NCBI GenBank assembly: GCA_965113315.1
Contig: OZ220364.1
Origin: Podarcis vaucheri
Lineage: Eukaryota
Direction: 5' to 3' (one strand)
DNA: 64,000 nt
Shown here: piece after piece, positions 51,580-62,530 of the stretch
How positions within the stretch are numbered: position 1 is the first letter of the stretch
Layout of the letters: each line of letters begins with the position of its first letter
Made by a program: the position numbers and the translations under genes
Notes under the pieces: generated by a model
What the model was told of the DNA's origin: nothing
The model's input: only the letters and a program-made list of their open reading frames with translations
Database searches by the model: none

Positions 51580-53218
51580 TGCTGGCCCTGAATACATGCT
51601 CGGAGGTCCTTGGGAGATGCATTTGAACAGATCCTAACTCAGCCTTAGGCCCTCTGAAGGTACAAAGGCACCGCTGTGCTTTGATCATTAATAACAATTA
51701 ATCCTTGTGCTGACAAAACATTTTTCAGATGAGACTGTATAAGCTTCTTTACCCAAGCTAATGCGAAATACTAAAAAACCTTCACCAGGGACAGAAGTCA
51801 GGGTCATTAATTGACACACAAGTGCAACATTTCCAAAAGGCATAAAGGGAGGCCCATTATACCACAAGGGATCTTTACTGATTTCTCCTTTCCTGAGGGA
51901 TTTCTGTATTATCACTCATGGTCTCAAAGGAGGCCTGCGAATTACAACCTGGACAACTTCACAAAAGGGCCTAGGCAGCTCGTTCCCCTTTCTCAAATGA
52001 CTGCTTGTGTACACCACTTCAGAGAGATATAATGAGCATGAAATTAAATTATACAGGCACCCACTTAAACATTTGAACCATAACTGCTTGCCTTAATCTT
52101 GATTTTGAGGACAGGATAGAAGCCACTGCAGTTATGACAAGGCTTTATCCCATCTGCTGCTTGTGAATTCATTCTGGATTGATCTTTGGGGCACTCATTA
52201 CTTCGAGTATGTTCACAAGACTGATTTTCCTATCACAAATAACATCTCCATGGTTCCTAGTCTTGTGAAGAGTTATATTAACTCACCTGTTGTATATGTA
52301 TCTCAGTTTAAATAGCAGATTGTCTATCATACCAGTTTGTGTAGTTTCATTATCATGTTTGGCAGCAATGAAGGAACTGCTGGTCCACTCATACTCAAGG
52401 CATCAGATTCCCTAATAAAAGATAGCTGCCTGAATCCCATGGAATCTGACTCAAATAATTGTTCTCTGGCACTCTGTGTTGTATATTCAAATGCTGTTCT
52501 CAGGGGCTTTGCAAAGAAGCCTGTGTGAAATGCTGGGCTTTGTTTTGGAAATCGAGAAACTCTTCGAGTTGCTCAAGTGTTTGAAGCTGTTCAGAACAGA
52601 CCTTCTGACACGATTTAATACTTCACAGCACAGACGGCAGAAAGGTGCCTCCGTCACAAACTATTACTCTCCAAGCCACTTTGAACAGCATTGCTGTGAG
52701 CACTAATTTAATTAAAATAATACTATTTTCCTTTTAGATCTAATCCCGAATGCAGATCATTGAGGCAGGCCCCAAAGCCAATTGCCAGAAGCTTTACAAA
52801 GAGAAGGCATACTCAAGAGATGCACTCCTCTGCTTCAACCCCCCCCCCCTGCTGGTGAAGAAAGGGCTGTCCTTATTAGAGGAAGACCACGGAGTGCTGC
52901 ATTCCCACCCACTCAAAGCTGTTATAGGATGTGTTCACAAAACCAGGCTGTTCAGTTTGGTATTAATTCATTAGGAATAACTGCTATTCCTGTCAGTTAC
53001 AATATAAACATGAGGGGGTTTTTGGGGGGTGATAAAATCAAACACTCCCCCCTCCATTTCATTTGTGAGTACAAAAGGATAGTCAGGTACAGTAGTTACG
53101 ATAATTTGCTTAACATTATCTTCAGTTAACATGGCAAGGAAGTGGGTGAACTAATGATAAGAGGGTGTGTGGAAGAAGGGCAATAATATATTGGAGTAAT
53201 GAATTGTAAAAGCTAGCC

Positions 53219-53494
53219 CAGGGGTAGACAACCTAAGGCCCTTGGGCTGGACGTGGCCCAATTGCCTTCTCAGTCCGGCCCACGGATGGTCCGGGAATCA
53301 GTGTGTTTTTACATGAGTAGAATGTGTCCTTTTACTTAAAATGCATCTCTGGGTTATTTGTGGGGCCTGCCTGGTGTTTTTACATGAGTAGAATGTGTGC
53401 GTTCATTTTTTCCCCTTCAAAATATAGTCTGGCCCCCCACAAGGTCTGAGGGACAGTGGATTAGCCCCTTGCTGAAAAAGTTTGCTGACCCCTG
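53219..53494 (-). mobile_element. hAT Charlie-like MITE, ~250 bp family, with internal duplication
   Basis: Perfect TSD AGCTAGCC; GTGTTTTTACATGAGTAGAATGTGT occurs twice. Confidence 0.92.
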
Positions 53495-53514
53495 AGCTAG
53501 CCTCTACCTAGTAA

Positions 53515-53650
53515 GATAGAAATGGGAGGGACCCCGACTGTCATCCAGCCCAACCTCCTGCAAAGCAGGAATTATGCAGGTGGCCCATATGGGGACCGAT
53601 CCAACAACACTGGTGTCCTTAGCACCATGCTTCAACCAACGGTGCTATTG
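53515..53650 (-). mobile_element. tRNA/CR1-tail SINE (Squam2-like, decayed)
   Basis: Similar to 43525-43663. Confidence 0.55.
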
Positions 53651-55639
53651 TGTCTCATTTATGTCATTTGTGTAAATCAGGGATGGGGACCTGTGGACCT
53701 TCATATGTTGCTGGACTACAAATGGCACCAACCCTAGCTAGGAAGGTCAATAGTCAGGTAAGACAGAAACTGGAATCTAGCAAAATCTGGAGGGCCACAG
53801 ATTCTTTGCAATTTCCTCTTGCCCTCCCCCAAAATACCACCTTTGGCATGGTTCAATATACCACGCCTTTGGCATATAACATCAGAACAGCAAGACATGT
53901 GACTGTGGGAGGAACTCAATGTTGCACTCTTCTGATAGCTCCGTCAACAGAAGCATTTTTGCATGCCTAATGGAACAACGCCCACCCCCACCCCCCGTGG
54001 GTTCTACTGACCCTCCAGGCTGGATTTGAGGGGGGAAGAAAGTCTCATTGCACTAGCAGGAACCCTTGCCCTGGCTTCTGCTAGCACACTGGCTTAGTTG
54101 AATCTAACCCTATTTCATTAAACCCACCCACTGCAGAAGTATATTATCCCATGCCAGGAAAAAAACGAAATAAGGAGAGAATTGTCTTCCTCTGGAAGAA
54201 AGAATTAACGGCTCATAGACTGAACAGATTTGTGAAAAGCTTGTGGGTTTTATGATAAAAGCATGAAATTTGCCACAGTCTTAAGGCATGTCCAAATAAA
54301 GATTTTCAGATAAGAAGCCATCACCAACTAACATCCTAACAGCTACAGCAAGTGTTATAAATGCCGAACACATTTTTCCCCTACTGATGTTTCACTGATA
54401 GCAATTGTTTATGGGTTTAGACCATACCAGCAGGGTTATTTTTTTTGCTTTGTTTGTACATTTGTATTGCTATTGACCTAGGTTTCCTAAAAACCATGGC
54501 AATCAATTTAAGATGCCATGAAATGGTTGAAAAATATTTTCCAAAATCTATCTTGCTGTCCTGTGCCACTTGTGAATACTTAGTAAAATATGAATTCAAG
54601 AGCAAAAGCACAGCATTATCCAATACATTTCCAAGTTTCTTTTCATTATGATATATTTCCCTTTGCTAATAGCAATATTTCCAGACTGATTGATGATGAA
54701 TAACCGAGTACTCCTGTAGTCACATACTTTGTATAACTATTTGAAAGCAACAAAAAAGCCATATTACATAACAGTATAGCCTAAAATTAATTAAAAGGGT
54801 GGACATTCAGTATATTTTAAGTACCCATTTCCTACTGCAAGGGCAAGGCCAGAAACCTGTTCATCTAGCATTGCCCACTTTTGTGCATCCTTTTCCCACT
54901 GGCATCTCAATGCCTTCTTGTCATGTGGCACCTCTTCTCAGGAACAGCTTTCTTGCTCTCTGTTTGTTATAAATCTGTTTTCACTTCAGCACACAGGCAG
55001 CCACACCCACCGAGAAGGTGGGAGTTCATTTAGGCCAGCTGCAAGTCTCTGGAGAACCTCAAGGCTTGCCAGAAATGGAAATGGCATACACAACATCTAC
55101 TCACTTAGTGGGCAAATGGTATACATGGCAAACCAAAACAGCTCCAGACTAGCGTTATCAAGGGACTTATTGAATCCTTAGTATATTCATAGATAACTCA
55201 TCTAATAAGCATATGCATTATTGTATGTGTGCCAAGGCCCCATGACCCTGCAGTTCCCTGGGGAAAAGGAACTGGACACTGGACAACAGCATATTGGGTT
55301 TGGGGTTCAAATAAGGCCAGAACTTTACAGTGAATGGTTTGGGTAAAGCCATTGCTATTCTACTCCAGCCAGTCTGGAAGTGCATCTAAGGGTAAACCAC
55401 ATCTTGGAGGAGGTGCCCTATGACCTACATCAAAGGAGTGGTATGGCCCTAGCCCCTGCCTGGGTGCCAAACAGAAGCCACTCCTCCCGGATTCTTTTAA
55501 TAGGATATCCTTTACCAGGGAGGGGTAGGCAGAGGCAGAGGCTACAACCTCCCATCCATGCATGACTTAGGCTTACCCAATGCCTAACCCCTATGAGGTA
55601 AGGTTACAACCCTTGGGGTTTTTTAGTTTATGAAAAGAA

Positions 55640-55920
55640 ATTACTAAGTGAGGACATGAGAGCACAGACAAAAGGAAAAACCTCTTCACACACCACATAA
55701 TTAAACTGGAGAATTTGCTACCATCGATGCATTGATGACCACATTGACGGGGATTAGACAAATTCATGGAGGCTATTAGGCACAATGGCTATGTTCTATC
55801 TCCATTGTTGGAAGCAGTATGCTTCTGAATACCCGTTGCTGAGAATCACAAGTGGGGAGAATGATGTTGTCCTTGTGTTCTGCTTACAGGCTTTTCATAA
55901 GCATTTGGTTGGCCACTGGG
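55640..55920 (+). mobile_element. CR1-type LINE 3' end
   Basis: ACAGACAAAAGGAAAA..TTCACAC..GGGATTAGACAAATTCATGGAGG; homologous to 51340. Confidence 0.7.
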
Positions 55921-57377
55921 ATAAGTCCCCTATCCAATCAGCTTCTGCTTCACTGAAACCTTGGATTGAGGGAAAGAGGTAACTAACAGTGACTGTGGCA
56001 CATCAGTCAGAGACAACCTCCTTATTTAAAGACTGATTTCAGCAATCTTGTGGGAGGAGGAGAATGGATACCCTGTTGTTGCTGTTATTGTTAATAACAT
56101 GGATACAAAAATGAACTTTTGGGAAGGAGGAATGAATCAATCCAGTGCTGACTGATAAAAAAGCTAGCAGTCATGGGGGAAAGAATGGATGAACTCATCC
56201 AGTTTCCAGTGAAATTATTTTTACATGGCACTGAAATGGAAAATGCACATATAGTCACTTCTGGTGAGCCCTCCAACAAAACCTTTTCACGCAGAGCACT
56301 CCCTGTTTAGAATTTAAGCCATCCCATGCTATTGCTTCTCCTCTCTGGTTTTCTGCCTCCAGTTTTCCGACACTCATGGCCACTGAGTGCTCTTAAGATG
56401 TTTTTTCATAAGCCTTGAGGTTCCTTCAAGCCTGCTAATATCTACTTGTGTGCAGATAGTGTTGTTTTGGCTACATAAGTAACTGCACTCAGAAAACTGA
56501 GATCACTATTAGTAATTTGACATTTTAACACATTCTTCCTCCAAGAAGATCATGACATTGTACATGCTACCCTCTTTCATTTTTGCCACACAACAACACT
56601 TTGAGGTAGCTAGTTTAGGGAAAGAGAAAGTGACTAGCCCAGAGTCACAAGGAAGCTTCATAGCTATGCAGGGCTCTGAGCCTTTTTGTTCTCTTCCACC
56701 ATGTGAACACAGCCAGACAGGACACCTGAGCTTGATCACTCCAAGCTCAGACCCTGTGTTCAGAAACTTTTTACCATAGTTTATAACCCAAGATTTCTGC
56801 CTGTGTTCTTTTTGCTTTTGTATGGGAAAACACACAAATCTGACCTTTGAAAGATTGTAAGTAAAATATTTTTCTTAACTTACCAAACTGTGTGGTCTAT
56901 TGTATGCAAATCAGAGTAGAAAGCGGGGGGCTGTAAGCAACTTAAAACTGAATATTTAAAAGGTCTAACAGCCTATATTCCCATGCTTTACTTTGCTGAA
57001 TGTTTTGTGCTTTAAAACATCTGCTGAGGCTCTTTCTTACAGAATAGTATTCTGCCCTGTGTTTGGACCTATGGATCCAGTGAATTCTTCTTTTATTAAC
57101 TAAAAGCAATCATAACCAATGGTGTCCTCCTTTAAGATGGCTTGTGTATCCCATTGCCTTCTAAGGCAAAGTTGATGGCAGTATGCTAGAGGGCTTTCTT
57201 TGAGGTTGTGCCCCATTTGTGGAACATCCTGCCCCAAGAGCTTAGGTCATCTTCCTCTTCATTTGTGTTCTGTCAGCAGCTTGAAACTTTATTGTTTAAA
57301 CAAGCTTTTGATACTGCTGCTCCTTGGCGGACTTTTTCCTGCTGCAGTTTTTAGTTTGATAATTTGTGTTTTAATGG

Positions 57378-57561
57378 TTGATCTATTGCTGCTTTTATGT
57401 TTGTGTTTCTATTTGTAAGCCACTTTGAGTAGCTCTTTTGGCTGTTTCTCCAGTCACTGACCATACGTTTTGATCTATTGCTGCTTTTATGTTTGTGTTT
57501 CTATTTGTAAGCCACTTTGAGTAGCTTTTTTGGCTGTTTCTCCAGTCACTGACCATATGTT
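57378..57561. repeat. 92-bp tandem duplication overlapping an L2 3' tail
   Basis: Units 57378-57469 and 57470-57561 differ by two C/T changes. Confidence 0.92.
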
Positions 57562-57629
57562 TTACAAGCTCATTTAAACATCCATGAGGGTAGAGTGGTG
57601 CCTAAATGAAAATATAAAATTGGAGGGAA

Positions 57630-57828
57630 GGGCTGTAATTTAGTGGTAAAGTATCTGTTATGCATGCAAAACATCCTAGGTTCAATCCCTGGCATCTTCA
57701 GATAAAACTAAGTAGAGATCTATGCTTGAGACCCTGAAGAGTCAGTGACCCTGCCAGTCAGTGTAGTAAACATCAGTCTAGATGGACCAATGGTCTGGCT
57801 CAGTATAAGGCAGCTTCCTATATTTCCC
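57630..57828 (+). mobile_element. tRNA-derived SINE (TGC-anticodon-like head)
   Basis: GGGCTGTAATTTAGTGGTA..TGCA..GGTTCAATCCC head and tail TAGATGGACCAATGG..AAGGCAGCTTCCTAT. Partial copies at ~35110, ~35905, ~46960 (-) and ~60585. Confidence 0.75.
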
Positions 57829-57865
57829 GTTCAATATGCTAAGTTTTGCACTCAGTACACCTGTG

Positions 57866-57955
57866 CATAGCTGTCAACTTTTCCCTTTTCTTGCGAGGAA
57901 TCCTATTCGGAATAAGGGAATTTCCCTTTAAAAAAGGGAAACGTTGACAGCTATG
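57866..57955. mobile_element. 90-bp MITE with CATAG termini and 8-bp TSD
   Basis: 24-bp TIR CATAGCTGTCAAC(T/G)TTTCCCTTTT with 1 mismatch; perfect TSD CACCTGTG at 57858 and 57956. Confidence 0.92.
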
Positions 57956-59123
57956 CACCTGTGTTACTGGGAATCACAGAATACACAAATCCCTGTTTAG
58001 GGGAAATGATTTTAATGCTAGAGGGTGTAACCTTTCAGGCAGACTTAGGACTTGTACCCTGGCTCCAGAATCAGGAAGTGTCTCCAAGTAGTAAGCAATT
58101 GGAGGCTTTGGATGCAGACAGTAACTAGGAGTTACTTCTCAAATGGCTTCAATAGCTGAATGCATCATATTGTCCAGCAATAGAAATTCTCATTGATTTA
58201 GATTTTGGTTCCTGCCCTCTGACTCCAGTTGGCCTTGAATTATGCTAACCACTCCATGATCTCAGAAATTCTCTCACCCTAACTGTAGTAAAAACTAGTT
58301 CACACTTTATACCAGTTGCTCAAAATCTCCGGAAGAGATTGCACTTTTACTTGAAGGTTTCCTATGGGCATCTGGTTGGCTGTTGTAAAACCAGGATGCT
58401 GGAATAGATAGGCCACTTGCCTGGTCCAAAAGGTTCTTCTTACGTTCTTATGTCCATGCTAAAAGAAACAGGCTCTAAGGCATTTAAGAAAGACTTATTT
58501 AAGGCTGAGGAGTCTCCCACATCCATCTCTGTTTGCAAAGGCCCTCTGATTTGATCTGAAGGTTTTCTCTTGAAAAATGTAACTTGCTTATTTTAATTAC
58601 TCTTTGCTTAGGAAATTTCAATGAAGAAATAAACACTCCTTGGCATGTAGGTTGAAAGTGACCTGACTAAAATAAAAATAGGAGGTGGTAGATTAAATTT
58701 AAAAGTGATAGGTCATGTCTAAGGATGAAGACAGATGTACCATTATTTTAAAAAGCTCTGACAGTGGTATGTACCCAGCTTATGGCTGGCATTGCAGCTG
58801 GCATAAGAAACATATGCAGAAGGAGGCCAAGGATTGAATCAGCAGTCAGTCTCACTCCCATTCTTATGAGTCATTTTTATATTATTTTTAAAGAGACATA
58901 TGCTATATGTGTACGCATATACCCTATATAAAACATGAATAATATTTATGCAAACCTTATGCGCCATCAAATCTAATGCACACCCTAATTTTCACGACAT
59001 AATTTGGCCCAAAAAAGGTGCACAGTACATTTGAGTAAATACAGTAGTATGGGTAGTTTCCAACTAAGTTCTACTCAAGAGTATACCCATTGAAACTAAT
59101 GGACTTAAGCTAAGCATGTTCAT

Positions 59124-59751
59124 TGTCCTAGCTCCCACCCTCAGATAAAAGGCATAGACTCTGCTCAGGAAATCCCATGTTTAAGTATTCAGTACACGAG
59201 TTCTGCATCAACGATGGTACAGGTCACAAAGCTCATCAGCAGAGACTAGGATAAAAGGCTAGGTGTAAGCAACAATGCTGTCTCAACACCTGACACCCCT
59301 CCCACTGTGCTTTTAAAGTGGTGGGGCCGGGCCCATCACTTGGGTGGTTCCTGTTCCAAACAAGAAGGCTGAGCTTACAAGTGATTTCCTCTACTGGGAG
59401 GGAGCAGGGAGCTGGTTCTGCTTGCACCTGTGCTGTTGGTGGTGCAATCTTTGGCAATGCAACTTGAGCCCAACCCTCAAACTTATCTGGCCAGTTCTGC
59501 TGATTGGCTAACTGCAATCTGGCCAGTTCTGCTGATTGACTAACTGGCTTTTCAGCTATTGTGGGTACCTTGCTCTCTGGAAGCAAAGTGAAAGTGGGCT
59601 CAGCTGACTCCCCCTCCCCTTCTGAAACATCTGGCAACTCTGGGGGAGGACCCTCATCCAGATCACTGCCCTGGCTGTCTCCACCCACTGATGTGGAGTC
59701 CTCCTCCTCTGACAACTTCTGCTAGCCATGGACTCCTTGGGTACCACAACA
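59124..59751 (-). mobile_element. Solo LTR-like element inserted in a hairpin MITE
   Basis: TG..CA termini and 5-bp flanks TTCAT/CCCAT. The flanks rejoin into the palindromic repeat family also seen at 49856-49974. Confidence 0.6.
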
Positions 59752-59812
59752 CCCATTTATTTTAATGAGTCTGACTATGACTATAATTGACAAGACTCCT
59801 AATATTGGGCAG

Positions 59813-60075
59813 CATGATCACATTACACCACCACTTCTTCATCTCCACTGCCTGCCAGTCCATTTCTGTGCTCATTGCAGGTTCCAGTTTTGACCTTTAA
59901 GGCCTTGCCTGTCTTGGGATCAGGATAAATCACCTATCTCCACATGGACCTATACAGCCCTTGAGATGTTGGGAGGTTGGTATCAGAGTGCCCTTGCCAA
60001 GTGAGGTGCAGAAGGTGGCTAAAGGAGAGAGCCTTTTCAGTGGTGTCACTATGGCTATGGAATGCTACCTGCTTT
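59813..60075 (+). mobile_element. L2-type LINE ORF2 C-terminal fragment
   Basis: DHITPPLLHLHCLPV..TFKAL..ERAFSVVSLWLWN. Confidence 0.7.
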
Positions 60076-61245
60076 GGTCTCATTTTGATTCCTGGCAAAT
60101 ACCGTTTGCTTTTTCCAGGTCTTTTAATGCATCTTAGGTTTAAGCTGTTTTTACTCTCTGCAGCTGTTTTGGTACTTGCATAAACTTCAATGACTTGCTC
60201 GGCTGAAACCCCAAGTAACTGGTGCCATACTTTTTTTTTTCCTTGAAAGAATTTTTGTGAAATAGACTTCTCTGTGAACTGGACGCACTCTGGAATGCCA
60301 CCGTGTTTGGGCTGAAACTTGGAGCTGTTATCTTGATGCTGTGACTCAGCAGACTGGTGCCCACCAAGGCACAATCAAGTCCAAGCAGAAGGGCATCCAA
60401 ATTCCAAGGAGAGTCTCTCCCCTGTTACAAGAGCCCAACCCTCCGAATACCAGTCTGGGTCAGCTTAATGGTTCCTGCCATAGTGCCAATGAACATAGCC
60501 ATGCGTATCTTTCAGAGGAGGGTTTCATAAAAGTGTATCAGAGTAGATGAGGAAAATAAAAGTACTAGGTTCAACTCACAGAGCATGCAGATAGACCAAT
60601 GGCCTGGGCTCAGTATAAGACAGCTTCCTATGTTCACACAGTGTGAACAGAAAAGAGGATGCAGATACTTCCCAAAGCAGCTCTGCTACTTGAGTGACTA
60701 TGCTAGCAGAAGTGAAGAAAAGAGTTCTTGACTTCCAGCCACAACCACTTGGAACCATTTGTGCTGTTGTAAAAATTGAAAGGGGGGGGGAGCAAAGCAA
60801 GCCAGAGACGTTTGGCTTTGCTCCTCTCCTCAGCAAGACTACAAAGAAGAGCAGCACACTTGGAAGATTTTCCAAACAATTCTGTAGCCTGTTGCCGTTC
60901 ACCAGGGTCCCCATTTAGGGAGACAGAATGGCCTCACCCCTGAATTTCAGCCCACTTGCAATTATGCCTAAAGATTATTAAGTGGTCTAAAAGTAACCAT
61001 AGCAAATGCGATTTACAATGCAATGCTTTTAGTAAGAGCAGGCTTTTGACAATTGTGGCATAGATGGGGTGGTGTGGAGAGCACAGCTGAAGTCTATCTG
61101 GAATATCCCACAGGTCAAAGAACTAAAGTGCTTAGAATCTGTCCTATCTGTAGAACTTAGAAACTGGTACTTGTAGGTACATTTCCAGTCTGTGCTGAGT
61201 TGTAGCATATTAGCCAATCAGGCTGTGGAAGGAAAATGCTTTTAT

Positions 61246-61930
61246 TTGGCATGGAGAGGTTACTGGTTACGAGGGAGCCCAGGAAGACAAAATTGTCTAC
61301 CACCTGAAGCATGTGGTCACCAATGCTGATGTGTGGAGTGCTGGCAATGTTCTGATTCAGGATGTTGTCATCATCAGGCTGGTGGTAAGGCCAAACTCCA
61401 TGCAGGCTTGGGCAAAAAAGTTGATGAGTCTTTGTAGAGCTTTCTCAGAGTGTACATTCGCGTCATCTACAAACGACATCTCTCGGATAAGGGCCAGTCA
61501 CACTTTTGTCTTGACATAGAGACATGCCAGGTTGAAAAGACCCCTGTCATTTCTTGAATGAATGCACACACTGTCTTCAGTCAAGCTGAAGGCATAGGAG
61601 AGCAACAGGGAGAAGAATATGCCAAAGAGAGTTGGGGCAAGAACACAGCCCTGTGCCGCACCACTCTTTATCGGGAAGGCATCCAAGGATGAGCTATCAT
61701 CCTGGATGGTGTTGCACAGGTTCTCATAAAAGGACACATTAAACATTTCCCAGCAGGAGTAGGTGTTTGCAGGCTGGGATCCTCCTGACAGCCTGTTCTA
61801 GTTCCTCATAAAACTGGTCCTTGGTCTGTATGTCAGAACACATAGTGGGAGCATAGACGCTCAAGATGTTAACCAGACCGGAGGTGGTTGAGAGGCAGAA
61901 GGAAAGCATTCGGAACCCTTGGTCAGTGGT
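61246..61930 (-). mobile_element. Internally deleted RTE-clade LINE (APE endonuclease fragment fused to RT domains)
   Basis: APE part: NILSVYAPT..KDQFYEEL..LLLLGN. RT part: FPIKSGAAQGCVLAPTLFGIFF, FVDDA and VVDNFVFLGSLVTSNL. Junction at ~61740. Confidence 0.9.
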
Positions 61931-62059
61931 TCTATTGCAGACAGAAGAGCCAACGCTTCTGCCAAAAAAAGGTATTGATCTTCCCTCAGAGCTTGCCATT
62001 TGAAGCAAGTCTAGTCTGCTATAGTACATGATTAGTACATTATTAGTACTATTCTGATG

Positions 62060-62268
62060 CAAGAGTCACCAATATTTTGGAGCCTGTGGGGATATTTGCA
62101 AAAGGAAAAAAATATTGTGGGCACCCCACACACTAGAATTAATTCTCTTGGCTACAACAGTGTTTCTTTCAAGCCTAATTTCAGAATAGGGGGAGAGGGA
62201 CCATGTAGGCACCAGGAAAGGCCTCCATGGACACATGGGCACTTTCAGGTGGTATGTTGGTGACCCTG
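62060..62268. mobile_element. Older hAT MITE
   Basis: CAAGAGTCACCAA / TTGGTGACCCTG termini; TSD TTCTGATG/CTCTGATG. Confidence 0.7.
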
Positions 62269-62505
62269 CTCTGATGAGTATCCAAAGCATTCAGTTGAGC
62301 ATATCAGTGGGGCATACCATCATGCTTGGGATGGGGCTGCTAATCTAGCTGTTTGGTTATTTTCAAAGGTGGACACTGGATGCGACAGAGAGGATTTACT
62401 TGGGTAACTAGCCACAAAGACCTTTACAGAAAAGCTGCCTTCTACGATTGAACACCCTGCCTCTGGAGCCCCTCTTAATCTCTATCTCCAACGTGTTATC
62501 CTTCT

Positions 62506-62530
62506 TTTTTTTTAATGCATTTTTATTGAT
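62506..62530 (-). mobile_element. 25-bp retroposed poly(A) fragment
   Basis: The minus strand reads ATCAATAAAAATGCATTAAAAAAAA. Perfect 17-bp TSD CAACGTGTTATCCTTCT at 62489 and 62531. Confidence 0.85.

Noticed and set aside
57630-57700. tRNA-Ala-like sequence
   Set aside because: The stems are degenerate and it continues into a SINE body seen in several copies.
10581-61930. The minus-strand RTE fragment ends at LGSLVTSNL and the plus-strand RTE fragment begins at GSTITSNL, so a ~50-kb inversion could reconstitute one element.
   Set aside because: The plus fragment sits inside a hAT MITE whose two TSD halves are still colinear, and the overlapping nucleotides differ substantially. These are independent insertions.
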